From Deltaproteobacteria bacterium (GTDB lineage Bacteria > Myxococcota > B64-G9): DNA of 64,000 nt. Shown here piece after piece: positions 22,342 through 32,700 of this stretch. The notes under the pieces were generated by a model. That model saw only the letters and a program-made list of their open reading frames with translations. It searched no databases and was not told the DNA's origin. A program made the position numbers and the translations under genes. Numbering within the stretch: the first letter of the stretch is position 1; every line of letters begins with the position of its first letter. The DNA lies in NCBI GenBank assembly GCA_016935365.1, contig JAFGRB010000371.1:4250-68249 (forward strand). Direction: 5' to 3'.

Positions 22342-23181
22342 ATGCCTGGGGAAGCCGAACTCGAAGCGCTCGAGGAAGCCTATGTGTCTGCTCGAGAGGT
22401 CGGCGACATGATCACCGACCACCTGCAGGACACCCCGTCGCTCTTCGGTCACGCCATCCACCTGCCCGGGCCGTTTCTCTCCTTCGACATCCTCGGGATT
22501 CACGTGGAGATCGGCCTTACCCAGAACGTGGTCATGATGCTCATGGCGGCTTTTTTACTCATCATCATGGGGATCCTGGTGCGGCGGCGCATCGCGCTGG
22601 TGCCAAAAGGGATCGGAAACCTGGTAGAGGCGTTCGTGCTCTTCATCCGAGACGAGATTGCCGCAGCCACCATGCCCGCCCGGGAGGCCTTTCGCTACAC
22701 CTCGTTCTTGTGCACCACCTTCTTCTTCATCCTGGTTTGCAACTTGCTCGGCCTGATCCCATACGGGGCCACGGCCACGGGCAACCTGGCGGTCACCGCC
22801 TCGCTCGCCTTCGCCGCTTTCTTGATGATCCAGTATGCGGGCATGCGCAAGATGGGGGTCCTGGGCTACTTCAGGCACCTGGTTCCCCCGGGTGTGCCGT
22901 GGTGGCTCGCTCCGCTGATGGTCGTGGTCGAGTTGATGGGCGTCTTCGCCAAGCCGTTTGCGCTCTGCGTCAGGCTCTTCGCCAACATGCTCGCAGGCCA
23001 CGCGGTCATCCTGAGCCTGATCGGGCTCATCTTCCTGGTGGGCTGGCTCATGGTCGTGCCCTCGGTCGCTTTCGGCGTCTTCATCTACTGCCTGGAGATC
23101 TTCGTTGCCTTCTTGCAGGCCTACATCTTCACCATGCTCACCTCGGTCTTCATCGGCCTGCTGGTGGCGGACACGCATTGA
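22342..23181 (+). CDS. atpB: F0F1 ATP synthase subunit a
   Basis: ..VRLFANMLAGHAVILSLIG.. contains the essential Arg helix motif of subunit a. 279 aa, multi-TM. Confidence 0.9.
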   Translation: MPGEAELEALEEAYVSAREVGDMITDHLQDTPSLFGHAIHLPGPFLSFDILGIHVEIGLTQNVVMMLMAAFLLIIMGILVRRRIALVPKGIGNLVEAFVLFIRDEIAAATMPAREAFRYTSFLCTTFFFILVCNLLGLIPYGATATGNLAVTASLAFAAFLMIQYAGMRKMGVLGYFRHLVPPGVPWWLAPLMVVVELMGVFAKPFALCVRLFANMLAGHAVILSLIGLIFLVGWLMVVPSVAFGVFIYCLEIFVAFLQAYIFTMLTSVFIGLLVADTH

Positions 23182-23229
23182 TTTGGAGCTTGTCTTGACG
23201 ATTGCATCTAACCACGAGGAGGAAACAGA

Positions 23230-23451
23230 ATGACCGGGCTTGCTTGGTTGGGAGCGGGGATCGGTGCCGGGATGGCGGTCATCGGCGGTGCGTACGGTAT
23301 CGGCAGGCTTGCCGAAGGAGCCATGCACGGCATCTCCAGACAGCCATCGGCCGGTGGGGATATCCGGACGGCCATGCTGATCGCTGCGGCGCTCATCGAG
23401 GGCGTGACCTTTTTTGCCGAGATCGTCTGCATCCTTCTGGCCATCAAGTGA
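23230..23451 (+). CDS. atpE: F0F1 ATP synthase subunit c
   Basis: 73 aa, two-helix hairpin with loop RQP (..GISRQPSAGGD..) and carboxylate helix ..LIEGVTFFAEIV... Confidence 0.9.
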   Translation: MTGLAWLGAGIGAGMAVIGGAYGIGRLAEGAMHGISRQPSAGGDIRTAMLIAAALIEGVTFFAEIVCILLAIK

Positions 23452-23494
23452 TCGCGCCGCTGACCAGCCCTGATCAACGGACCAGGAGATCGAC

Positions 23495-23998
23495 ATGGGA
23501 CTGATGAAGATCGATCCTGGGCTCATCATATGGACGCTCCTGATCTTCGGCGTCCTGCTCGTGATCCTGGGCAGGTTCGTCTGGAGGCCCGTCCTGGATG
23601 CGGTCCGAAAGCGGGAGGAGATGATCCGCGAGTCCGTCCAGCAGGCCGAGAGGATGCAGGCCGAGGCCACGGCGGCCATGGAGGAGCAGAAAGCCGCGCT
23701 CGAGCAGCAGCGCAGGGAGATGGCCGAGACGATCAAGCGCAGCAAGACAGATTCGGAGAAGCTCGCGGCAGAAGCCCGTGAGCGCGCCAAGCGCGAGGCT
23801 GCCGAGATGGTCGAGCAGGCGCGCCGGCAGATCGACGAGGAGCGCAAGCAGGCCATTCAGGCCGTGCGGACAGAGGCGGTGGAGATCGCCCTGGCCGCGG
23901 CCTCTCACTTGCTCCAGAAGAGCCTGGAAGAGGAATCCCATCGCCGGATCGTGGGGGAATTCCTGGACGCCCTCCCGGAGTCCCTGGACCGCCACTGA
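23495..23998 (+). CDS. atpF: F0F1 ATP synthase subunit b
   Basis: N-terminal TM (IIWTLLIFGVLLVILGRFVW), long charged coiled coil (..EQARRQIDEERKQAIQ..). Confidence 0.85.
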   Translation: MGLMKIDPGLIIWTLLIFGVLLVILGRFVWRPVLDAVRKREEMIRESVQQAERMQAEATAAMEEQKAALEQQRREMAETIKRSKTDSEKLAAEARERAKREAAEMVEQARRQIDEERKQAIQAVRTEAVEIALAAASHLLQKSLEEESHRRIVGEFLDALPESLDRH

Positions 23999-24049
23999 GA
24001 AGATGACAGCGCTTGCCGAAGCAGAGGCATGTCGCTATGATGTGCCCGC

Positions 24050-24961
24050 ATGCCAGGCCCCAGACTCCCTCCGGCCTTGCGGCCTGCTGACCGCATCCGC
24101 CTGATTGCACCGGCCAGCCCATTTGACCGGCGGCAGCTCCGTCGCGGGGTCGAGATCTTGCGCGCGCTCGGATTCGAGCCCCTGGTGGACCGGGAAGAGG
24201 AGGCCCGGCTGGGCTTTCTTGCAGGCCCGGACGCGAAACGGGCGCGAAGGTTGCAGCGGGCGCTCCTGGAGCAGGAGAGCCGGGCCGTCTGGTCGATCCG
24301 GGGCGGTTACGGCACGGTGCGGATCCTGCCTATGCTGGACCTGGACGAGATCAGCCGTCATCCCAAGATCCTGATCGGCTTCTCTGACTTGACCGGGCTG
24401 CTGGGCTGCCTGGCGGATCGTGGCGTGGTGTGCATCCATGGGCCAGTGGTGACCCAGCTCGCGCGAATTCCGGCCAGCCAGCGACGCTGGGCGGTGGACC
24501 TGCTCTGCGGCCATGCACTTGAAAGGATCCCTCTGGGACGGCTGCGCAAGCTGAGGACGGGGCGGACGACTGGTTGGCTCGCCGGAGGCAACCTGTCCGT
24601 GCTGGCATCCCTGATCGGTACGCCGTGGATGCCGCAGCTCGATGATCGCATCTTGATGATCGAGGACGTGGGAGAGCCTGCATATCGCCTGGATCGCGCC
24701 TGGCAGCAGCTGAAACAGAGCGGTGCATTGCGTTCGGTGCGTGGCGTCGTGATGGGACAGCTCGTCGGATGCACGCCCGATGGAGGTCGTCACGGCGCGC
24801 GGGCCGTGCTCGAGCGAGCCGTGCGCGAGCTGGACGTGCCGTCGGTCTCCGGCGCAGCGTTCGGGCATGGGACGCGGAATGTCTCATGGCCGTTGGGTGT
24901 CGAGGCGTGTCTGGATGCCGGTCGAGGCTGGCTTCGATTGCAGGCCGGAACGTTGGCCTGA
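24050..24961 (+). CDS. ldcA: LD-carboxypeptidase (muramoyltetrapeptide carboxypeptidase) LdcA
   Basis: ..IRLIAPASPFDRRQLRRGVEILRALGFEP.., ..IRGGYGTVRILPML.., ..GFSDLTGLL.. Ser-His-Glu triad context typical of peptidase S66. Confidence 0.8.
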   Translation: MPGPRLPPALRPADRIRLIAPASPFDRRQLRRGVEILRALGFEPLVDREEEARLGFLAGPDAKRARRLQRALLEQESRAVWSIRGGYGTVRILPMLDLDEISRHPKILIGFSDLTGLLGCLADRGVVCIHGPVVTQLARIPASQRRWAVDLLCGHALERIPLGRLRKLRTGRTTGWLAGGNLSVLASLIGTPWMPQLDDRILMIEDVGEPAYRLDRAWQQLKQSGALRSVRGVVMGQLVGCTPDGGRHGARAVLERAVRELDVPSVSGAAFGHGTRNVSWPLGVEACLDAGRGWLRLQAGTLA

Positions 24962-24971
24962 TCGGATCGAG

Positions 24972-26105
24972 ATGGAATCGGGCTACCTGGTCGGATTGAT
25001 GGAACAGGCTGTGCGCGAAGGCGTGTTCCCGGGTGCTGTGCTCTGCATACAGCATCGCAATGATGGGTTCTACAGCACGTGCTGCGGGCGTCTCTCGGTC
25101 CACAGGCCAACGGCCTGCGTCACGATGCGGACGGTCTACGATCTGGCCTCATTGACCAAGGTGCTGGCCATGACATCCGTGGTCCTGGATTGCATCCGCC
25201 GCCGCGAGTTCGATCTCGAGACCCCGGTGGCAGAGGCGATTCCAGACTTCGCGTATGGGCGAGTTCTCGTAGGACACCTGCTGCAGCACACGAGCGGGCT
25301 CGCGACCTGGAGACCGTACTTCGAAGAGGTGGCTGCTGCGGCCGGAGGCGGGTGGATCGCCACCGAGCGCGGAAAGGCGGCGCTGCGTTCCATGCTGCTC
25401 GCCGAGCCGCTGCAGAGCAAACCCGGAGTGCGGGTCGAGTACTCGGATCTCGGCTTCATCTTGCTGGACTGGTTCGTGGAGCGGCGCACGGGCGCACCCC
25501 TCGACCGCTTGTTCGACAGGCGCATTGCCAGGCGGCTCGGCTTGCGCCAGCTCTTCTTCGTCGACCTCAAGCGCCCGAGGCAAGCACGTCGACTGCGCCA
25601 GGGACGCAGCTTCGCAGACACGGAGAGGTGTGCCTGGCGGTTGCGAACGCTGTGCGCAGAGGTTCATGACGAGAACTGCTATGTCATGGGCGGTGTGAGC
25701 GGGCACGCGGGTCTTTTCGGGACCGCCGGCGACACGGTTCGGCTGGCCGCGGCGTGGCTGGACGCGGCTCGCGGGCGGAAATCGGTCTTCGATGGCGGGT
25801 TGGTCCGGCGGTTCTGGTCGCGTTCTTCGGGGCTCGGCTCGAGCCGTGCTCTGGGCTTCGATACGCCTTCGACCTCCGATTCCCAGGCCGGGGGCCGGAT
25901 GGGGCCCGCTACCGTGGGGCATCTCGGCTTCACGGGTACTTCGGTGTGGATCGATCCGGACCGTGAGCTGATCATCGCACTGTTGACCAACCGGATCAAC
26001 CCGAGCAGGGAAAACCAGGCGATCCGAGGCTTTCGACCCGTGCTACACGATGCGGTCGTCAGCGAGTTCGAGGCGGGAACGCTGCGCAGGAGCCTTCGCT
26101 CATGA
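24972..26105 (+). CDS. serine hydrolase, beta-lactamase/AmpH-like family (start at internal ATG; ORF track 24780 start overlaps ldcA)
   Basis: SxxK motif ..DLASLTKVLAMT.., ..GHLLQHTSGL.., ..HLGFTGTSVWIDP.. (KTG-like HxG). 377 aa from MESGYLVG. Confidence 0.75.
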   Translation: MESGYLVGLMEQAVREGVFPGAVLCIQHRNDGFYSTCCGRLSVHRPTACVTMRTVYDLASLTKVLAMTSVVLDCIRRREFDLETPVAEAIPDFAYGRVLVGHLLQHTSGLATWRPYFEEVAAAAGGGWIATERGKAALRSMLLAEPLQSKPGVRVEYSDLGFILLDWFVERRTGAPLDRLFDRRIARRLGLRQLFFVDLKRPRQARRLRQGRSFADTERCAWRLRTLCAEVHDENCYVMGGVSGHAGLFGTAGDTVRLAAAWLDAARGRKSVFDGGLVRRFWSRSSGLGSSRALGFDTPSTSDSQAGGRMGPATVGHLGFTGTSVWIDPDRELIIALLTNRINPSRENQAIRGFRPVLHDAVVSEFEAGTLRRSLRS

Positions 26106-27490
26106 AAGTCCACTTGGTGGCCGTGTGCGGTACGGGGATGGGCTCGCTGGCCGGTATGCTCGAGCAGCAGGGCCATCGGGTCCGAGGGACAGACAAGGCG
26201 TTCTACCCGCCCATGTCGGACAAGCTGCGCGAATGGGGCATCGAGCGCATCCGAGGTTTCGATCCGGCGCACATCGCAGCCGGGACCGAGCTCGTGGTGG
26301 TCGGCAATGCCTGCCGACGCACGAACCCCGAGGCCCGGGCCGCTGAGCGGCGGGGGATCCGCGTGATGAGCTTTCCTCAAGCCGTGGCCGAGATCTTCAT
26401 CCGCGACAAGCGCTCGATCGTCGTGGCCGGCACGCACGGAAAGACGACCACGACCGGTCTGATAGCATACCTCCTGCACGCTGCCGGGAAGGACCCCTCT
26501 TTCCTTGTCGGCGGGGTCCTGCTCGACTTCGAACGATCTTTCCGCCTCGGACAGGGAGAGGACTTCGTGATCGAAGGGGACGAGTACGACTCGGCTTTCT
26601 TCGACAATCGGCCCAAGTTCGTCCACTACCGCCCGCGGATCGCGGTGCTGACATCGGTCGAGTACGACCACGCGGACATCTATCCAGACATGGACGCCTA
26701 TCGGAGGAGCTTCGAGACGCTCGTGGAGATGCTTCCCGAGGACGGTCTGCTCATCGCCTGCGCGGACGACGAGGAGGTGATGCGTCTTGCTGGCAAGGCG
26801 CGCTGCGCGGTGTCTTCCTATGGACTCGATCCCGGGGCTGACTGGTGCGGGGCCGATCTGCGGCCGGATGGCCAGGGTATGCGATTCGTGCTCGATGGGA
26901 AGGAGCACCGCCTTCCGATGTCCGGACGCCACAACGTGGCCAATGCGCTCGCGGCGCTGGCCGTACTGGACCACCTGGGTGTCGGCCCGCAGCAGGCGGT
27001 CGCGAGCATGCAGGGCTTTGCGGGCCTCGCCAGGCGCATGCAGGAGCGCGGGAAGGTCGACGGGGTGTGCGTCGTGGATGACTTCGCGCACCACCCCACC
27101 GAGGTGCGCGAGACCGTGCGTGCGGCCAGGGGCCGCTACCCGGACCAGGAGCTGGTGGCGGTCTTCGAGCCGCGTACGAATACGAGCCGGAGGGCTGTTT
27201 TCCAGGACGCATACGTCACATCGTTCGACGGGGCGGATCGGGTCCTGATCGTGCCGCCCTTCGGCGTCTCGGGCATTCCGGAGAGAGAGCGATTCGACTC
27301 GGCGAAGCTTGTGGAATCCTTGCGAGAACAGTGCATCCCTGCCATGCTCATGCCGGATCCGGAGGCGGTGGTGGCCGATCTGTCGAGGACGCTTGCCGAG
27401 GGCGTGGTGCTCATCATGTCCAATGGCGCTTTCGGCGGCATCCACCACAAGCTGCTGCGGGCGCTGGAAGAGAGGGCGGCAACGAGGTGA
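26102..27490 (+). CDS. mpl: UDP-N-acetylmuramate:L-alanyl-gamma-D-glutamyl-meso-diaminopimelate ligase Mpl
   Basis: MKVHLVAVCGTGMGSLAGMLEQQGHRVRGTDKAFYPPM is the characteristic Mpl N-terminus. Mur ligase P-loop GTHGKTTTTGLIAYLL. 4-nt overlap with preceding gene. Confidence 0.85.
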   Translation: MKVHLVAVCGTGMGSLAGMLEQQGHRVRGTDKAFYPPMSDKLREWGIERIRGFDPAHIAAGTELVVVGNACRRTNPEARAAERRGIRVMSFPQAVAEIFIRDKRSIVVAGTHGKTTTTGLIAYLLHAAGKDPSFLVGGVLLDFERSFRLGQGEDFVIEGDEYDSAFFDNRPKFVHYRPRIAVLTSVEYDHADIYPDMDAYRRSFETLVEMLPEDGLLIACADDEEVMRLAGKARCAVSSYGLDPGADWCGADLRPDGQGMRFVLDGKEHRLPMSGRHNVANALAALAVLDHLGVGPQQAVASMQGFAGLARRMQERGKVDGVCVVDDFAHHPTEVRETVRAARGRYPDQELVAVFEPRTNTSRRAVFQDAYVTSFDGADRVLIVPPFGVSGIPERERFDSAKLVESLREQCIPAMLMPDPEAVVADLSRTLAEGVVLIMSNGAFGGIHHKLLRALEERAATR

Positions 27491-28596
27491 CGATCGTCTG
27501 GATCATCCTCTGGCTTGTCGCCGGGCTCGTGCTGCTGCGGATCCACACAGCCTTCTGGACAGCCATCTACAGGCGTCGTCGTTTCGGCGACGAGGTCCAT
27601 TTTGCCCGCACGGGCGATGGATGGCGGCTGGCGATCCACCGATTTCGACCGCAGAAGCGCCGTTTCCGCGAGGCGGTCCTGCTGTGCCACGGTCTGAGCG
27701 CCAATCGCTACAACTTCGATCTAGACGATGATCGCTCCCTGGCCCGGCACCTGGCCGAGGCGGGCTTCGACGTCTGGGTGCTGGAGCTGCGAGGATCGGG
27801 CCTGAGCGATCGCCCGCGCTGGCGTTCGGGGCGACGCTGGGACTTCGATTTCGACTCCCACCTGCGCTTCGACGCGCCGGCCGCGCTGGACGAGGTGCTT
27901 CAACGCAGCGATTGCCAGCAGCTGTTTTGGGTAGGGCATAGCATGGGCGGGATGCTCGGATACGGCCTGGCGAGCGGAGCCGGGAATCTGGACGCAGCCG
28001 GCTCGCTGCGCGGCCTGGTGACGGTGAGCTCGCCGGCGCGGCTCGACGGCTCCCGGGTCGCGCGGCTGGCTGCGCCTTTTCTGCGGCTGGCCTGCCTCGG
28101 CAGGGCTGTGCCGTTCCGCCCGCTGGCTCGGTTCTTCGCGCCTTTCATGGGGCGAGGGCCGATGACCGCCACGGTGCTCCATCCGGCCAACGTCGACAGA
28201 GGCGATATCCATCGGGCCATGGTCAACCTGGTGGAGAGCAGCTCGTCGGCGCTCATGCGCCAGTTCCTGAGCTGGGTTCGAAGCGGTCGCTTCGACTCCC
28301 GAGACGGTCGGGAAGACTACGCGGCTGGCCTGGTTCGGATCCGCGTCCCGCTGCTGCTGATGGCGGCCGACAGGGACCGGATCGCCCCCCCGAAGAGCGT
28401 CACGGCGGTCTACGAGCAGATCCAGATCGAGGACAAGCAGCTGCGGGTCTTCGGTGTGGACAGCGGCGACGACGTGGACTTCGGTCACGGGGACATCCTC
28501 CTTTCACGGGCAGCCTCAGAGCTCGTCTTCGTCGAGATCCGGCATTGGCTCGAGCAGCGGGCGACCGGAGCGGAAGAGGCGGACGACGATGGATGA
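27487..28596 (+). CDS. alpha/beta-fold hydrolase (GTG start overlapping mpl stop, GTGA)
   Basis: N-terminal TM, HGLSANRYNF (oxyanion region), nucleophile elbow GHSMGG, C-terminal His region. ORF-track start 27331 lies inside mpl. Confidence 0.7.
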   Translation: MTIVWIILWLVAGLVLLRIHTAFWTAIYRRRRFGDEVHFARTGDGWRLAIHRFRPQKRRFREAVLLCHGLSANRYNFDLDDDRSLARHLAEAGFDVWVLELRGSGLSDRPRWRSGRRWDFDFDSHLRFDAPAALDEVLQRSDCQQLFWVGHSMGGMLGYGLASGAGNLDAAGSLRGLVTVSSPARLDGSRVARLAAPFLRLACLGRAVPFRPLARFFAPFMGRGPMTATVLHPANVDRGDIHRAMVNLVESSSSALMRQFLSWVRSGRFDSRDGREDYAAGLVRIRVPLLLMAADRDRIAPPKSVTAVYEQIQIEDKQLRVFGVDSGDDVDFGHGDILLSRAASELVFVEIRHWLEQRATGAEEADDDG

Positions 28597-29719
28597 GGGT
28601 GCCGTGATCCGCCTGCGCCGCGCCCTGCACGCCTGCCCGGAGCTCGCGCACGAGGAGCACCGCACCCAGGAGATCCTCGCCGATGCGCTCGGAGGGCTGG
28701 GGCTCCAGGCAAGGCCGGTGGCTGGAACCGGGCTCCTGGCCGAGATAGGCAGGCCCGAAGGTCGGACGCTGCTGCTGCGGGCCGACATGGACGGCCTGCC
28801 CATCGATGAGCAGACCGGGCTGGGATTCGCCAGCCAGCACCCCGGGCGCATGCACGCCTGTGGCCACGATGCCCACATGGCCATGCTCGTGGGAGTGGCA
28901 GCCAGGCTCGCGGACCGGCCTCCGTCCCGGGGCCGAGTGAGGATCGTGTTCCAGCCGGCCGAGGAGCGTGGAGAAGGAGCCCAGGCGCTGATTCGAGACG
29001 GCGTGCTCGACGCGGTCGACGGCGCGCTGGCCCTGCATGTTTGGAGCCCGCTGCCGCTAGGTCAGGTGGGCGTCGTGACCGGGCCGGTCATGGCCGGCGT
29101 GGACTCTTTTCGCATCCGAATCTGCGGTCGGGCCTCTCACGCCGCCAGGCCAGAGCAGGGGGTCGATCCCATCCTGGCGGCGGCCTCGCTGGTCATGGCC
29201 GCCCAGACCCTGGTATCCAGGCGCATGCGTCCCGGGGACCGGGCGGTGTGCAGCATCTGCCGATTCCAGGCCGGGACGGCATCCAACGTCATCCCGGCCC
29301 AGGCCGAGCTCTCCGGTACTCTGCGTAGCTTCACCTCCGAGGCGCGGGATGGTCTCGTCCGGGGTCTGCAGGACCTGCTCAGGAATATCTCGACGGCCAT
29401 GCGAGTCGAGCCGGAGCTCGAAGCGCTCGAGTCGATTCCACCGACGCGTAACGACGCACAGGCCGCAGAGCGGGCCCGGCGGATCGTGGAGGCCATCGAG
29501 GGGCTGCGCTGCACCGAGGGCTTCGAGCCGTTGATGGTCGGAGAGGACTTCGGGCTGCTGCTCGCACGCGTGCCGGGCGCCATGCTCCTACTGGGGTGCG
29601 GCGATCCGCATGTACAGGCCTTTCCCCATCACCATCCGCGCTTCGACGTGGACGAGCGGTGTCTATCGTACGGGGTCGAGCTTCTCGAGCGCTACGCGCG
29701 GGACTTCCTCGACGCCTGA
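28589..29719 (+). CDS. M20D-family amidohydrolase (hippurate hydrolase/aminoacylase-like)
   Basis: ..LRRALHACPELAHEEHRTQE.., ..HACGHDAHMAM.., metal-binding ..QPAEE... 8-nt start/stop overlap with the alpha/beta hydrolase. Confidence 0.75.
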   Translation: MDEGAVIRLRRALHACPELAHEEHRTQEILADALGGLGLQARPVAGTGLLAEIGRPEGRTLLLRADMDGLPIDEQTGLGFASQHPGRMHACGHDAHMAMLVGVAARLADRPPSRGRVRIVFQPAEERGEGAQALIRDGVLDAVDGALALHVWSPLPLGQVGVVTGPVMAGVDSFRIRICGRASHAARPEQGVDPILAAASLVMAAQTLVSRRMRPGDRAVCSICRFQAGTASNVIPAQAELSGTLRSFTSEARDGLVRGLQDLLRNISTAMRVEPELEALESIPPTRNDAQAAERARRIVEAIEGLRCTEGFEPLMVGEDFGLLLARVPGAMLLLGCGDPHVQAFPHHHPRFDVDERCLSYGVELLERYARDFLDA

Positions 29720-29725
29720 GCGCGC

Positions 29726-32700
29726 TCAGCCCTGCGTGCGAAGCTTATAGCCGCAGTGGGGACAGAACTTGGCGTTCGGCGCGATGCTGCAGCGGCACTC
29801 CGGGCAGGTGGGCCGCTCGAGCTTGTAGCCGCAGTGGGGGCAGAACTTGGCCCCTTCCTTGACCTTGCGCTCGCAGCGGGGGCAGACACCCGGCTTGGCC
29901 GGCAGATGGGGTACGGGAGTCTGGGGCTCGGGCGGGGAGAGCAGCTCGCCTTCCTGCTCGATCCGACCCCGCTCGATCTCGGTCTCGATGGCGAGCTCGA
30001 TGGCGGCGCCGATGGCGCGCCCGGCGGCCCCGAATCCGAGCGCTTGGGCCGTCTGCTGGATGAGGTCTGCTCGCGACATGCCGAACTGGAGTTGCAGCAA
30101 GGTGACCGCGGCCTGCCCCAGCTCCTGGGGACAGATCAAGGAGGCCTCGCGGAGCAGCTCATCGTCGCGCCGGCGCACGGGAGGGACGGTCATGTCCTTG
30201 GGCCACAGGAAGTCGCCCCGCTGCGCGAAGAGCCCGGCCTGGAGCCCTCGGGCCACGGCCTTACGGCCGAACGAGCGGACCTTGGTGTAGACCCGATCGA
30301 TCCCGAATCCTTCTGCAGCCCGCCGGATGGCTTCGTCGACTTGGATGGGGCCCTCGACCTTGACGATGGCAGCCAACAGGCGCGATAGCTCGCCAGCGGA
30401 CTGGCTATGGAAACGCGTCGCCTGCTGCTGGCGCTCGTGCTGGAAGACCACATAGGGCTGGAAGCCGTACTGCTCTAGCCGCGCCTCGGCCTTGTGCAGG
30501 CGAGATGAATCATCCTGGGCGTCCTGCGGCTGGGATTCCTGCTCGGGTGGGGACGCGGCGATCTCGATCAGATCCTTCTCGTTCATGGATGGCATCCGGT
30601 ACCAGTCGGGGCTCCAAATCCGGTGAAGCCGCCAGCCCAGCCGTCGCAGGGCATCCTCCCAGCCCCGCTCCCGATCGCGGGCGGTCTGTGCGCGGGCGTA
30701 GGCCATCCCGTCCGTGGCGATGCCCAGGCGGTAGAGCCCGGTCTGCTCTGTGTCGCGCACGGCCAGGTCCAGGTAGAAGGAATCCCGGTCTCCGAGCCGG
30801 CGCTCGACATCCAGCCCGGCCTTGCGCAGCGAGCGGAAGACGAAGTGCTCGAAATCCGTCCCCTGCGCTTCTTGGCCCTGGGCGTCTCCGTCCTCTTCCA
30901 GCCCGAATGCGTACCGGAGAAAGCCGTGCAGGGCCACCACGCCGCGCGCACCCGAGGCGTCGAGCCGGAAGTCCTCCGGCCGGATGGAGCTGAAGACCAC
31001 GCAGCGCTCACGCGCCCGGGTGATGAGGACGTTGAGTCGCCGCCAGCCGCCGTCCTGGTTCAGGGGGCCGAAGTTCATCGACAGCTTCTCGTCGGCCGCG
31101 GGCTTTCCGTAACCGACGCTGAGCGCGATCACGTCCCGCTCGTCGCCCTGGATGGTCTCCAGGTTCTTGACGAAGAAGGGCTCTTCTCGCTCCTGCGAGA
31201 AGAAGGTCTCCAGGGAGTCGTCCTCGCGCCTCAGGCGTTCGATCTCGTCCAGGACGGCCTGCTGCTGGGCCTGGCTGAAGGTGCCCACCCCGATGCTCTT
31301 TTCGGGGTGGGCGCGAGCCTGCTCGAAGACCCAGCGGCCGATCCGCTCGGCCTGGCTCGGGTTCGTGCCGCGGCCCGGCTGATACCAGTCTGCGGGCTCG
31401 TAGGCCACCTGGAGACCCAGCACGCCCTCGCGCGCCTGACAGGCCGGGAAGACCACCAGCTGCTTCTCATAGAACTCCTTGTTGGAGTAAGAGATCAGCG
31501 AATCGTGGCGCGAGCGGTAGTGCCACCGGAGTCGTGTCCTGGCGAGCACCATGCCACCGCGGTCGAGGATGCTCTCCATGTCCTCGATGCCTGCAGCGCC
31601 CTGCGCGTCTTGCTCGTCGTCCGGATCGTCCTCGCCGCCGGCTGAGCGGAAGAAGCCGGTCGGTGGCAGCTGACGCGTGTCGCCCACCAGGACCAGCTGG
31701 CCCGCGCGGGCGATGGCGCCGAGGGCATCGGCCGGTTCGACCTGGCTCGCCTCGTCGAAGATGACCAGATCGAAGTCTACCTTGCCGGGGGCGAGAAACT
31801 GGGACACCGACAGAGGGCTCATCATCATGCAGGGCTTGAGCCGCTGGACGACCTCGCCCGCATCGGCGAGCAGGCGCCGGATGGATCGCCCGCCGCGCTT
31901 GCGGGCGATCTCGCCCTGCAGAAGCCCGAGCTTGGAGCTGGCCGCGACGCCGAAGGCGGTCACCGGCCGGTTCGCAGACAGCTTGGCATGCAGGCGGGCC
32001 GAGGTCTGGCGGGTCCACTCGCGGTCGAGACGGGCGAACTCCGCCCGGGCGGCCTCGTGGTCCCGAGCGTTGAAGGAGCTGAGCTCCGGCTTCTCGCTCA
32101 GGGCGGTCTCGACGAACAGCCGCAGCGCTTGCTTCTCGAGGGCCGGGCCGTAGAGATCGAACGCCAGCGTCTTGCTGCGGGACTTGTCGGCGAACTGAGA
32201 AAGCGGCCCGCTGCGGCACTCCTGCAGAGCATGCTGGAAGGCGATCCAGTCGTGGAGCTTCTCCTGTCCCGCCTGCAGCTCGCTCAAACGCTCGCTCCAT
32301 TCGGCGAAGCCGGCCTCTTGAGCCGGCAGGCCGGCCGAATCGAGCTGCAGGATCTCCACCAGCCTCTCTCGGGCGGCCTGCCACCGGCCCGTCAGGTCCT
32401 GGAACTGCGCCACGGCCTGCTTGATCGTCTTGCGATCGGCGCCTTCGAAGCAGAGCGCGATCCCCCTGGGGCCGATTCTGCCGGAGGTGAGCAGGCGGCG
32501 AGCGGTGTGCAGCCAGTCGGCCAGCCTCGAGATGGACCGAGGATCGGTGCGACTCCCGCGCCAGTAGACGCCGAAGGCCCGGCGGCCCTCCTCGTCCAGG
32601 GCCTTGATGTCGGCCAGAAGGGTCCTGTACGTGGCCAGCTGCTTCAGGTCCTCGAGGGCCTGGCTCGGCACAGGCTGGTGATCTCGGAGGCGGGCCTGCT

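Noticed and set aside
22555-23856. 433-aa minus-strand ORF spanning atpB-atpE-atpF
   Set aside because: Runs antisense across three separate well-defined ATP synthase genes and intergenic spacers. Cannot be a real gene.
23999-24049. Possible intrinsic terminator after atpF
   Set aside because: No convincing GC-rich hairpin followed by a T-tract. atpF appears to read through into ldcA.
25679-27448. 589-aa minus-strand ORF antisense to the serine hydrolase/mpl genes and 45404..46978 (-) antisense to the GT4 gene
   Set aside because: Antisense GC-bias artefacts. Composition dominated by R/A/P/G/H.
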